Part shown: positions 12,895 to 28,179 of the stretch, piece after piece | How the letters are laid out: each line of letters starts with the position of its first letter | Numbering within the stretch: position 1 is the first letter of the stretch | Source of the DNA: Eledone cirrhosa | Lineage: Eukaryota | Assembly (NCBI GenBank): GCA_964016885.1 | Contig: OZ024742.1 | Span: forward strand, 212,164,001-212,228,000 | DNA length: 64,000 nt | Direction: 5' to 3' | Made by a program: the position numbers and the translations under genes | The notes under the pieces: generated by a model | Databases searched by the model: none | The model's input: only the letters and a program-made list of their open reading frames with translations | Told to the model about the DNA's origin: nothing

Positions 12895-13250
12895 GTTAGA
12901 ATAATCATCATTTTACTGCCACATTTCCAGACTTGCATGTGTTGGACAGGTCTTCTACAATACAGCTTGCCTACATTGTTAAATTGCTTTATCATCCTCT
13001 CTGTGAGATTTAGGGTTTCAAGATCAGCTCACACCACCTCTGCCCAGGTCTTTCACAGTAATCCTCTTCAGCTGTTTCTTCCCACTGGAATCTCTTGATA
13101 CTTCTTCATCCAACAATCATTATCTATATGCATCATGTATCCAGGTCAAACTTCTTTCTTGCACACAGCAGTTGATTCTCCTTATTGCATGGTTTCTTTC
13201 TCAATTCATTCATGCTACATCATTCATGCATAATAACATGAAATATATAG
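12895..13250 (-). mobile_element. Degraded RTE 3' fragment
   Basis: Colinear similarity to 9190-9545. Confidence 0.65.
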
Positions 13251-13476
13251 CAGTATAAATTATTTCAAATTGGCAGGTTTATCTTATATTGTTAAAATTC
13301 AGCTTACATTATCAAATAACTAATGTTAGAAAAAATAAATAATTGAAATTTAAGATATGCAAAATATCATATTCTTTATATTAACTATACCCAGATAAAA
13401 TAAATTATGGCTGTCATTTGCAATCAAGGACTACTTGATAGTATGAACCATGCTTTCATTAAGAGACATCCAGGAT

Positions 13477-13707
<231 letters not shown>

Positions 13708-13905
13708 TGCACTATCACTGGCTTGGTACTTTCTTTATTGACCTGAGAAAGACAAAAGGCAATATGGCTCTTAGCAATATTTGAATGCTAAGTGCAGAGA
13801 ATCAAAATAAATATTGCAATACATTCTGCCAAATTGAGCTTTCAAAATACCATCATCTTGTAGCCTGAAATGATTTCATAAATAAGTTTTAAAATATTTA
13901 CTTAC

Positions 13906-14090
13906 ATCAATAGTAATATCTTTATCTTGTTTGTCGGTTTTGGATCCTTCATTGAGACTGTGTGTTCTGTTGAGGCTCTTGCTTTTGGACTTTGGTGACT
14001 GACTAGGAGCAGATGGTCTTCGTTTTATCATTGCCTTAATATCATCTCGGAATGATGGTTTCTTTTTTATTTTAGAACCACTGGATTTTT
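13906..14090 (-). CDS. Internal coding exon (185 bp) of an unidentified host gene; Lys/Ser-rich, probably disordered segment
   Basis: Polypyrimidine tract plus tttctAG acceptor at 14091-14092 and GTAAGT donor at 13900-13905. The open frame reads KSSGSKIKKKPSFRDDIKAMIKRRPSAPSQSPKSKSKSLNRTHSLNEGSKTDKQDKDITID (phase 1 to phase 0). Confidence 0.75.
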
Positions 14091-16137
14091 CTAGAAAACA
14101 AAAGAAATTTAACACATTAGGCACAAATTTTGTCATTCAAATTCTAAATTAATATCAGAAAAACAAAACAAAAAAAATAATAAAATGGGGGCAAAGGATG
14201 TAAATTTCCCTAACTATATAAATTGTATAGTACAAGATACTAAAAAATATAAATCGTGTATATTCTATAAACAAAAGGATGAAGATAAGTATCAGTATAA
14301 AATGATTACTGTATAAATCCCACCTTCAATATAAATATATATATATATATGGTCCTACAGTATTTATATTCCACATGCTTATATTTTTAAAGAGACCATA
14401 AATAAGACTCATACAGTGGGTACGTCTACAAAAATTAATAAAAATGTAAAATATATATAAATCTTAATTTCAACTATGGTTTAAGAAAAACGAAATTGAA
14501 TTGACTATTCCTTTTCTTAAATTTCCAACTTGGAAAGAGCAAGTGATAGGGGACATAACTTTTGTAGACAATATTTTATCTCCCTTTTATATTTGCATTA
14601 TATTTTTAATGTTATGGAATCTAATCCTGGTTTAATTGTGGCGCAATGCCTTCGCTATTTTGTCCGCAGAGTGCAACTGAGATAGACCGCCTAGACTAGT
14701 AATGTAGAATTTGCTTCATCTCCGCCTTTTCTTACTTTCGCTATTTTATTTTCTCGTATTTTTTTAAATTACTCAAACGTTAATGAATTGTAAATTTCTT
14801 TGAAGATGAACTGAGGAGCATATGCCTCTTTTAAAACTGTTGGTCTTAAAATCAGAGTAAAGGCACATTTATAATTTAAAAAAAAACAACAACAACAACA
14901 ACAAAAAACCCAATAAATCTTACATTTCAATGTAACATACTTAAATTAAATCTGATACAATTATTCACACTCACATATTTGGGAACTGATGTGATCTAAG
15001 ATCGTGTATTGAAACGTGGAAGGATCGTATCATTTAACAACACAAACACTGGAACATTCATTTTTAGTATTGTTAATATGAAGCACCGTGAGACACCACT
15101 CTTTTATTCATTTTTAGTTTATTTATTTATAGTACTGTCTACTTTGAAGTCACCAAAAGTTTCATAGTATTTCTGCGGCCTGGTCATCGACAAGGGTTTG
15201 GGGGGGGGGGGGGGGTTTACACTTCGTAGTAAGCAGTACTATTAAGAAAACGTATGAACAAAAAGTTAATGTAACTATTTTTGCATATTTTTAATAGTCA
15301 ATATGATTGGTCTACTCTATGATTGCTTAAGTTCCAACATACGGTCTCAGATCAAGTCACTTGTCAAACAAATACTACAGATTTTACATACATTATATAT
15401 ACAAGTACAACATTTATTTTCCGGCAACTGATGATCCAGCACTTCCGTTAATCCGGATATAATTATGAGAAGACACTAGAATTTCATACGAATCCCCAGA
15501 GTAATGCACAATGTAATCACATTTGTCAGGAGAGTACAAATAGATAGATAAGAAAATGTAAAAAATAAATAAAATAAGGGGGGGGGGGGGGTACAAACAC
15601 CCACATGTCCCCCTTTCTTTTATTTTATTTTCTAATCTATCTATTTGTTCTCTCCTGACGAAAGACGTAATATCCGATACATTGAACTTCTTTTCCCCTC
15701 TTTCATCCAAATGCGAACCTAATAACGATAATTGTTTTTGTATATCTGTGCTTGACATTTTTTTAATTATATGTGTGTCAACGATCAGGTCTATTCTTAT
15801 TTAGTCACTATTTCACATTCAATTATCAAACACAATAATGTTATTTTTATATATTCTAAACATATATTGTTGTCTTAAAGCGCACCCCATCCCCTACTCC
15901 CACAAATTGCATTAACTAATTCTATTGTTATTGTATTCGAAACAAGGGAAATAACTTATACAAATAATGAATTATCTTTCTTGGAAATTCTCATTTGCTG
16001 GACATTTATGACAATTTTTATTCATTCATACTGTTCTTTTTCTCAATTCAAACAGAAGACATAGTAATATAATTTATTTTATGAAGGAAAGTTTTAATTT
16101 GAATATGAAAAATGTAAAATGACAGATTTTATATTAC

Positions 16138-16510
16138 TACTACAGTCAGTAGGCATCTCTAACAAAATACACCCCCGTCCCACCACCCCCACCCCATCCA
16201 CACCGCCCCTTTCAATGTAAAGTTATGTTGGTGCCACAACATCCAGGCCGAAACAAATGAGATCGTGTAGGTGTCACGACAAAAAAACACACAGTCCACG
16301 CTGTAATGTGGCCGTGTAGGCAACCCGGTAAAAACCTCCCAATCCCACACTGTAAATGTGGTTGGTGTTAGGAAGAGCATCCAGCTGTAGAAAACCCGTC
16401 AGACAGTCCTATGCGAGCAAGACAACCACTCTTGCCTCAAGTGGGAAAACTCCCGTCCAAACCCATGCAAGCGTGGAACATGAACGTTAAATGATGATGA
16501 TGATGATGAT
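16138..16510 (+). mobile_element. RTE family A 3' end with (TGA)n tail
   Basis: Near-identical to the reverse complement of 23807-24172. Confidence 0.9.
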
Positions 16511-18514
16511 AATCATGGGTGATCTCATGTGGGTTGGTATTAAAAGAGTTATATCTCTCCATCTCGTCTTCTGTATTACTTAACATGAACATGTCCCTCT
16601 CAATTACCCTTCAAAAGACAAATTTTGTAAGCTTGGCAATGGGCTTGCGACCTGTCCTGGGAGGCATGGGATGGAGGTACAAAGGTTGCGTATCCTGAGA
16701 CCTCAGAGAGGGTCTGGAAGGTAGTAAACGTTGACAATTGATAACTGAAACGTTACAACTCTTACAAAATATCTATATGTAACATTGGAGTCAACTATAA
16801 GTCCCTGCCTAATAATATTTGGCATTGCAAAAAGTAAGAAACGAATAATTCAAACAGTTACAGATTTTTCTTTACAAAAACAATTTATTACTTCTATTTT
16901 AGCAAATACATTTCATGTTACTCTACTATTACTGATATTTCCACTAATGAATAACATTTATGGTTACTCGTCCTGCCAATCATATCCAAATTTGCAAACT
17001 TCACTATATAGAATGTTACAATATATCATCCTTTTTATTCTAATATGTTGGATTCCTTTGTCAGTCTCACAACTCTTATGTATTCCAGAAATTTAACAAA
17101 TACTTAGTAAATAGTTACCAAGCGTTATCTACTCATTAACTTTTCAGTATGATTTTAATCAAAATTATTCTTGTTAGCATGAAAATATGTATCTGCATGC
17201 ATGCTTTCATGCACGTGTGTGTGTATGCATGCAACTATGTGTGAGCAAATAAGATGATCTCCAATGTGTCATATAAGCTATTATAAAACCAGTTCTGTAT
17301 ATGTTAATCATATTGCAGCATGCACAGATAAAGTACATAAGATAATTTTAGTGTTGTAGCATTATTACAATATATATATATAGACACAAGACTAGTTGTA
17401 TGGTTAGGAAGTTTACTTTCAACTTCATTGTTCTGTGTTCAATCTTATTGCTGAAGTGACCACTACTGTATTCTTATAAGTGGAATTTGTGCAGAAGCCT
17501 GTTGTATATATCTGTGCTTGTGTGTGGCCATGGTACTTATTCTGTGAGATGTATATAACTATGTTTTTAATGTAGTGGTGTAAAATTGTGTATCAAATTG
17601 CTCACTTTACATAAAAATGTAACAGCCATTTAATACAGATTGATAAAATAAGTATTGGGAGGTTGATAAATCGACTCCCCCACCTCCACCGCAGCACATA
17701 CATTAAAGGTGGTGCTCCATCATAGTAATAGCCCAATGACTGAAACCAGGAGAGATGGGGAGATAATATGCAATGCTGTCAGTGAATTTGAAAAGCATAA
17801 GATTTGAAAATGATCTTTAAAAATAACTGCCCTTGGTTTTCATATTGGAGGAGCTGAAATGTTTTGTCTTTTATTCTCCACATGATTCTTTTATTTTGTA
17901 CAAAACAAATCTAATAATGGTAATTAAATTATCTAAAGCTTTCATATAGTTTAAAAGATAAAATGTGTTGCTACACACCAACATGCACAAGCTGCTGTAA
18001 TGTAAGCCCTCCTCCTTTTTAGGAAAAAAATAAAGTTCAAAGAAAAACAAAAAATATGAACAATATTAGCTGAATCTTCTTTTCTATGTGTAGTCATAAC
18101 ATTGATAGTTTTGTAGAAACAACAGGAAGGGTGTGGGAGTGTACAAGTGTGTGTCAGAAAGGAACAGGCAGTAATTTAACACCCTGTGAAGAGTGCAACC
18201 TGTGGGTGTACAAAAGAATATAGTGATATTCATGGTTAACTGACAGAAGATGCCCTTTAAGTATATTAGGAGCAGGAGATAATATATTTGACAGTGGGAC
18301 CACCATCAGAGACTATGGGCTCCTGTGTACAACCTCTAGATATAAGAGATAAGATATGTTACATTATAACAACTGAATGAAGCATTGTTAAACTTAGTAT
18401 ATATTTTAGAATCAAATCTCTCAAGTGTTGCTTCAGGTGTCATGGTTACATAGAATGAGAAAATCTCAGAAGATGAACTACTTACAAAACATGTGAAACA
18501 AAGATAAATATTAT

Positions 18515-18746
18515 TCAATCCTTTTGTTACCCAATGGCTAATGCAAGACACTGCCTATGTATTTTAAATAATCAAGAATTTGGAAAGATTTCAAAATATA
18601 CCCAACTTTCTTATTATTAATCTAGTGTATGGAGCATAACATAACAAAGGTTCTTGAATAAAATTATGATGGTGTTTAGATAAATAAATGATTCTGTATC
18701 ATAAAACTGGGGAAGGTTTCAGGTGGTTTTGTATCAAAACGGTTAA
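18515..18746. mobile_element. Degenerate piggyBac-type MITE
   Basis: Ends tcaatccttttgttacc ... gtatcaaaacggTTAA; the interior is homologous to 36314-36562. Confidence 0.6.
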
Positions 18747-19509
18747 GCATATTAAATTACAGAAAATCTGAGACAAGTAAAGGACCAATTGGTAGGATCT
18801 TTTTATAAATTTGGAGGGAATGAAGACAATGTGACAAAATAAAAAAATTGTATACAAGTGACTAAACACGGCATCAAAAATAACTAGTGGAATTTGTAAA
18901 AAAACAGGTCTACATCAAAGAAACATAAAAGTAAGAATAAACAAAGCAGCATTAACTAAAGTAAAAATGTCATTCCACTACAACAGTATTCACAATATGA
19001 TCAATTGATTCTAAAACATTACTTCCCGTCATATTTGATAGATCCAACAGGGTTATGAAGTAAATAGTTAGATACCTAATTCTTGTGTTAGTTAAGTATC
19101 AATAAATATTCAACTCAACAGTATGAATTGTTCATCTTAAACTTTCTGAATATAAAAATAAACGTGGCACTAGAGAAACTTAGGAGAGGTTACCGACCTC
19201 ATTGTATATATAGTTTTGGTGTGACAGGAAACATGGCTATATTTTATATATTCAGGAAGATATTTCAATAATGTTTCATCTATTTATATTTCATATTTAA
19301 CTTTTTGTATACAGCATAAGTAAATCATTTATTTTTTCGCAATAAACTGAGAAGTAGATGTTTAAAAAAAAGTTGTTCATAGCTGAATCTGTTTTCCACC
19401 TTCAATAATATATTTGTATTGCTATTACAATTTAACACAATCCATAATAGAAGAAACCCACGACCACCGTCACACACAAGTTAGGAGCTATCACTTTAGT
19501 ATAATATAG

Positions 19510-19696
19510 TTGTTTCTACTTTTGGCACAAGGCCAGCAATTACCCAGTGCATTACTGGTACTTTATTTTATCGAACCCGTAAGGATGAAAGGCAAAGTTA
19601 ACCTCGGTGGGATTTGAACTCAGATCATACAGGGAGGTAACTCTATGCTTCAAAGAATGGCGTCCGACCCGCTACCGATAATGCCAATCCACCGCC
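19510..19696 (-). mobile_element. Full-length tRNA-type SINE with target-site duplication
   Basis: Flanked by ttta(g/a)tataatatagt at 19495-19510 and 19697-19712; has A/B-box-like head on the minus strand. Confidence 0.9.
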
Positions 19697-19884
19697 TTTA
19701 ATATAATATAGTGGCAGTAAAATAATGCACTCTCCTCCCGCCCTCAAGCAGGGAAAAGTGGACGTAAAATGATGATGAAGATGATATTTTATATATATTT
19801 ATATATATACATATTTATATATATTATATATATACATATATATATTATATATATACATATATACATTATTTATATACATATGTA

Positions 19885-20370
19885 TTTAAGTAACAGCTGT
19901 ACTAAGAGTGGGAAATGAAATTTTGTTTCATTTTTTCCGTTTATAGTTTTCGGTGCACCCGGCCGATTAACCCACTCGATATGCAAATTGGGCTACTCAG
20001 CCATTAATATGCATAAGGAAAGTATATACTTTCGGACGTTCAACTATCTGACAGTAAGGTATACGTTGCTGACGATAGCTAACAAGCTAGAAACTAGTAC
20101 AGCGTTCCTTTGTCAGTGTTGAACAAACGAGCAACGGTGGTTGCCAGACACTACGGCTTAATACGGGATGTTTGTTTACAAACACACCGAGCATTATAAT
20201 AAATGTTCGGTGAATCCAGACGTACATATATATATATGTGTGCATGTATATATATATATATACATACTACTGTACATCTGTATACATATATGTATGTACG
20301 TGTACATACTTATATTTGAGTAACAGCCTTACTAAGAGTGGGAAATGAAATTTTGTTTCATTTTTCCATT

Positions 20371-20374
<4 letters not shown>
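19885..20374 (+). mobile_element. 430-bp-period non-coding element with terminal direct repeats and one hammerhead (retrozyme/Penelope-associated type), inserted in (TA)n
   Basis: taacagc..actaagagtgggaaatgaaattttgtttcatttt at 19891 and 20321; CpG-rich interior; HHR at 20063-20105. Confidence 0.75.
20038..20124 (+). ncRNA. Type I minimal hammerhead ribozyme
   Basis: Stem I ACGUUG/CAGCGU; core CUGACGA (20069-75); stem II UAGCU-AACA-AGCUA; GAAA (20090-93); palindromic stem III A-CUAG-U; predicted cleavage after GUA at 20099. Stem I is extended by AAGG/CCUU, CUGACA/UGUCAG and GUUCAAC/GUUGAAC. Confidence 0.9.
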
Positions 20375-21880
<1,506 letters not shown>

Positions 21881-22322
21881 AAGGCGGGTAAAATTCCCGA
21901 GATCCATGGACGCGTTCTCTCCAGCGGTCTCTGTCCCTCATTATCACTGCCATGTCCTGCATCTCCAACAGACCAGTGTCTGACCTTAGGGCATCAACAT
22001 ACGTCAACCTTGGTCTTCCTCTTCCAGTGTGTCCATGTAGGGGCTCCCAAAGGAGCACTGAGTGCAATGTCAACTCTGGATGTCGGTGAGCATGTCCAGC
22101 TAACCTCAGTCTCCTGTGTCACTTTTGAGCTGATTTTTGGGATGCTCCCATATAGCTCTGAGTTTTTCATCCTAAAAGACCAAGGTTAACATATGTTGAT
22201 GCCCTAAGGACAGACACTGGTCTGTTGGAGACGCAGGACATGGCAGCGATAATGAGGGACAGAGACCGCTGGAGAGAACGCGTCCATGGATCTCGGGAAT
22301 TTTACCCGCCTTAGATAGATAG
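21881..22322. mobile_element. RTE-like LINE 3' end (second family) present as an inverted duplication
   Basis: The minus strand encodes [36 protein letters not shown]. 21881-22017 is mirrored by 22176-22312, followed by an (AGAT)n tail. Confidence 0.85.
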
Positions 22323-22884
22323 AGATATATATTATATATATACATATATATTATATATATACATATATATATTATATATATACATATATATATTATATAT
22401 AAACATATATATATTATATATAAACATATATATTATATATATACATATATATTATATATAAACATATATATATTATATATAAACATATATATATTATATA
22501 TAAACATATATATATTATATATAAACATATATATATTATATATAAACATATATATATTATATATAAACATATATATATTATATATAAACATATATATATT
22601 ATATATATTTTATATATACATTATATATATTATATATATACATTATATATATTATATATATACATTATATATATTATATATAAACATATATATATTATAT
22701 ATATTATATATATACATATATATATTATATATATACATATATATATTATATATATACATATATATATTATATATATACATATATATATTATATATATCAT
22801 CATCATCATCGTTTAACGTCCATGTTCCACGCTTGCATGGGTTTGGACGGGAGTTTTCCCACTTGAGGCAAGAGTGTGTATATA

Positions 22885-22949
<65 letters not shown>

Positions 22950-23048
22950 GTATATGTATATATATGTATATATATATATATGTATATATATGTATATATA
23001 TATGTATATATATATGTATATGTATATATATATGTATATGTATATATG

Positions 23049-23129
<81 letters not shown>

Positions 23130-23147
23130 GTATATATATATATATGT

Positions 23148-23178
<31 letters not shown>

Positions 23179-23263
23179 TATATATGTATATATATATATA
23201 TGTATATATATATATGTATATATATACATATATATACATATATATATATATGTATATTTATAC

Positions 23264-23330
<67 letters not shown>

Positions 23331-23353
23331 CATATATACATATATATACATAC

Positions 23354-23386
<33 letters not shown>

Positions 23387-23397
23387 CATATATATAC

Positions 23398-23462
<65 letters not shown>

Positions 23463-23545
23463 CATATATATACATATATATATATACATATATATACATA
23501 TATATATATACATATATATACATATATATATATACATATATATAC

Positions 23546-23640
<95 letters not shown>

Positions 23641-23800
23641 CATATATATACATATATATATATACATATATATACATATATATATATACATATATATACA
23701 TATATATATATACATATATATATATATGTATATATATATATATGTATATATATGTATATATATGTATATATATCTGTATATGTATATATATATGTATAAT
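22323..23800. repeat. (TA)n-rich microsatellite containing a short RTE family A 3' tip (22797-22875, minus)
   Basis: Directly visible; the tip is identical to 23807-23882. Confidence 0.95.
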
Positions 23801-24830
23801 CATCATCATCATCATCGTTTAACGTCCATGTTCCACGCTTGCATGGGTTTGGACGGGAGTTTTCCCACTTGAGGCAAGAGTGGTTGTCTTGCTCGCATAG
23901 GACTGTCTGGCGGGTTTTCTACAGCTGGATGCCCTTCCTAACACCAACCACATTTACAGTGTGGGACTGGGAGGTTTTTACCATGTTGCCTACACGGCCA
24001 CATTACAGCGTGGACTGTGTGTTTTTTTTGTCGTGACACCTACACGATCTCATTTGTTTCGGCCTGGATGTTGTGGCACCAACATAACTTTACATTGAAA
24101 GGGGCGGTGTGGATGGGGTGGGGATGGTGGGACGGGGGTGTATTTTGTTAGAGATGCCTACTGACTGTAGTACGTTTTACTTTGTATTTAGGTAAGGCGG
24201 GTCTTCTCTATTACTGAGTACCGCCAAAGATCTCAGTCCAGTGAAATTGTCTTGGAGAGGTGTAAGTGTGTGAGGTCGGAATTTATCAGGTCGTCCCAGG
24301 TTTTTCTGAGTCTGCCTACTCTGCGGCTACCGTCTATCTTTATTGCCCTGCACTTTTTTATACAGCTGTCGTCTTTCATGCGCATCACGTGACCATACCA
24401 ACGTAGCCTTCTCTCGAGTAAACAACATCTGATCCCTCTTATTTCTAATTTTTCCCTTAGTTCGTTTATGCTTTGCCGTTCGCGTATATTACTGTTACAC
24501 ATCCAGCGGAGCATGCAAGCTTCGTTCCTCTCTAGTCTGCGTATATCCTCTGCACACAATGCCCAGGTCTCACTGCCATGCAACATTGCTGTTCGTATGC
24601 AGGCATCATACAGCCTGCCTTTCATTTTTAGGGAGAACCCTTTAGCGGCTAATAGTGGTATAAGCTCTCTGAACTTTTTCCATCCAGTTCTGACTCTAGC
24701 TACTGTACTTTCAGAGCACCCTCCCCCACTGCTGATTTTGTCACCCAGGTAACGGAAGCTGTCCACTATTTCTATAGATCCCTCTGCGCAATTGAAAGAG
24801 CTAGTATTTGGTGGGCACTTGCTGCTACTT
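23799..24830 (-). mobile_element. 5'-truncated RTE LINE (family A): RT C-terminus, UTR and (TGA)n tail
   Basis: ORF 24233-24841 IEIVDSFRYLGD..ARVRTGWKKFREL..MLHGSETW..RLRWYGHV. Confidence 0.93.
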
Positions 24831-25172
24831 ATAATATACAATATAATATATATATATATATATATAATATATAATATATATAATATATAATATATATAAT
24901 ATATATATATATAATATATATATATATAATATATATATATATAATATATATATATATAATATATATATATATAATATATATATATATAATATATATATAT
25001 ATAATATATATATATATAATATATATATATATAATATATATATATATAATATATATATATATAATATATATATATATAATATATATATATATAATATATA
25101 TATATATAATATATATATATATAATATATATATATATAATATATATATATATAATATATATATATATAATAT

Positions 25173-25235
<63 letters not shown>

Positions 25236-25262
25236 TAATATATATATATTATATATATATAT

Positions 25263-25296
<34 letters not shown>

Positions 25297-25309
25297 ATAT
25301 ATATTATAT

Positions 25310-25374
<65 letters not shown>

Positions 25375-25382
25375 ATTATATA

Positions 25383-25425
<43 letters not shown>

Positions 25426-25445
25426 ATTATATATATATATTATAT

Positions 25446-25479
<34 letters not shown>

Positions 25480-25823
25480 ATATATATATATATTATATAT
25501 ATATATTATATATATATATTATATATATATATTATATATATATATAATATATATATATATTATATATATATATTATATATATATATTATATATATATATA
25601 TTATATATATATATTATATATATATATTATATATATATATATATTATATATAATATATATATATTATATATATATAATATATATATATAATATATATATA
25701 TAATATAATATATAAATATATATTATATATATAATATAATATATATATATATATTATATATATAATATAATATATATATATATATTATATATATAATATA
25801 ATATAATATCTATATATCTATAT
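24831..25823. repeat. (TA)n/TAA compound microsatellite
   Basis: Directly visible. Confidence 0.97.
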
Positions 25824-25872
25824 AGGGAGACACAAAGCAGGCTTTGTTTAGAAACAGCTAATGAATTTGAAA

Positions 25873-26133
25873 ATTAGGTAGTAACATTTACTTATGTCTT
25901 ATTTGACTAAATAGAATTAGCCTGTTAGTTGGGATTTTAAAAAACCCTCTGAATGGACCAATGTGTGTTACCAGTAATGGTAACACATTGGTCTGGCAAA
26001 CCAAAAATGTGGGTTTGTGTCCCATGTACGTCAATACTCATCCTTTTTTCGATTCAGAGGGTTTTTTAAAATTCCAACTAACAGACTAATTCTATTTAGT
26101 CAAATACGGCGTAAGCACATGTTACTACCTAAT
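25873..26133. mobile_element. Foldback MITE-like element with about 82-bp inverted arms
   Basis: attaggtagtaacat..tttgactaaatagaattag..aaaaaaccctctgaat is mirrored at 26052-26133; there is an inner hairpin at 25957-25993. Confidence 0.8.
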
Positions 26134-26592
26134 ATATATATATATAGCATGCATGTATACACACAAAATTAACAAATATAAACTATTGAGGCAGCTTCTT
26201 TTGTGCCAAAAAAAGATGACTAGCGGCAAGATACTTCTCAGTCTTAAACACAAGCATTGGTGTCAAAAAGGGCATCTAAATATTAAAAAACCTCTTGCAT
26301 TACAAACAGAGACTACATACCAAAAATGTAATAAACAAAACAGGGGTAAATCACAACAAACAGGGAAATAAGGTAAAGAAAAATGATACAAAAGAATAAT
26401 GCTAATTAAATGTTTCTTTGGAGGAAAAAATTCTCGACATTATTAATTTTTATTTTATTTCAATTCTTATTTATATATTTATTTGGTAGATGTTTAGATC
26501 AACAAGCCTTCTCATCACTTTCCCCAACCTACTCTATGCATAACTTCTGCTAGCTTCCCTTTCCTGGTAATTACCATACTTTACCAGATTTT

Positions 26593-27260
26593 ATATTATT
26601 ATTATTTTCTTCTCTTTTACTCAGCTTTTCATTGTTCCTATGCTGCCATTTAGATTACTAGATATCAAGCTGTCTCTTGCAACCTTAGGTATCTAGCATC
26701 TTTCATATGGCTCTTACTGTGCCAAGCAAACAGTAGAGTCAGGAAATTAACCTTTATATTCAACATCTTCAACTAACCATTCAAACTTCTCACCATTGTG
26801 CTTAAGGCTCCTATTAGATACTTTTGCGACAATTCCAGATTTGCTGCATTTTGTACTTCATATTTTGGTACTTTTCTATTTTCTTCAGTTTTTTGTCTAC
26901 TACTTTAGTATGAAATGGGCAAGCAACATTGATTTAACCTTTATTGAGTATAACAATATCTGAGCATGAATGCTCCATTTGCTTATCTGTTTGAATCTTA
27001 ATGTCCCATAATACTTTACTTGGTTGTTTTCAAGGACACATTCTGGTTTGTAGTCATATCACTTAATTACATCCTAAAATTCAAACTTTTTCCACACTTA
27101 AGATTGTGGTAACTTTATTAATTCTCCAGTTTTTGTAATGTTTCTAAGACCATTTTACATTCAGAGACATGTGCCACTGTTTCTTCTTTTTCACCATAGG
27201 ATGTCTTCCTTATCTATATTCTTTCTGCTATATCTTGTTCAGGTTGCCTGATCTTGCATG
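26593..27260 (-). pseudogene. R4/Dong-clade non-LTR retrotransposon fossil (zinc knuckle + restriction-like endonuclease), (AAT)n tail
   Basis: With frameshifts: QDQA..GEKEETVAHV.SECK..YDYKPECVLENNQVK/LWDIKIQTDKQMEHSCSDIVILNK..INVACP..KKIEKYQNMK..IW..IGALST. Confidence 0.8.
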
Positions 27261-28179
27261 GCTCAGATTAAGCCCCCCTCCTCCTCCCTGTCCCTCTCTT
27301 CAGACCTCCCATTTTTAGCCACTGGAATGACTTTTCATCTTGATGCCCTTCAATATTTTGGAAAAACTTTCATATTGTTACTTTCTAGCTTTCAGGACAT
27401 CACTTTTTTTTCTTCTTTCACTTAGTATCTCTTCTCTTCATAACTGCTAAAACTATCAGCACCTCCAAAACTATCAGCAACATTCTTCCTCCAGCTTACT
27501 ACCCCTATCCACACACAGTCCTCTCTAGATCAACCCTTGAAACAGTGGATATCGATACATCTGGTTTTGAGATAATCTTTGTTCAAATCCTGGATAACAG
27601 CATGTCTGGTATTGCAATAACATTTCTTCAAATCAATTCACTCTATTTTTAAAGGAACATTAGATAACACAATGTCCAGTATTGAAATAATGTTTCTTTA
27701 AATTGTTTCATTCTATTCTCAAAGAGACAATGGGTAATGATATTTATTATTATTATTATTATTATTTTAGTTAACTATTAACTTTGTACTCTGCCTTTAA
27801 AACTTACAATGAAATGGAGTAGTTGAAATAAAAATTGAGCTGCAGATATAGAGCTCTGTATATGAAAACACATTTTTTTTTTCTGAGAATAATTTTACAA
27901 TAATGAGGCTAATTTTGTAGGATAGAGTGTATAAATCAGGGAATCAATCCCATATTAGTGGAATTATCTTAAATATATTTGAGAGATCAAAGAATAAGTA
28001 ATCCCTGGTATAATTTCAGCTTAGAAAAATATATTTCCATAAAACATTTAAACTTCATGGCACAAAAATCTACAATAGCAGTCTTAATAAAACTCACTAG
28101 AATCAACTAAGGGCCATAATAAAATTATTTATGTCCAGATATTTAAAACACTGATTGATGTCCCATGCTTAACAATGAA

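Noticed and set aside
14412-14570. Possible Tc1/mariner MITE (tacagtgg..gtctacaaaa / ttttgtagac)
   Set aside because: Only 10 bp of inverted match and the right terminus is missing.
14811-14840. CTGAGGA followed by palindrome GCATATGC
   Set aside because: No GAAA after the stem and no stems I/III.
15414-15758. 114-aa minus-strand ORF
   Set aside because: Runs through a poly-C and low-complexity tract; no recognisable domain or consistent splice sites.
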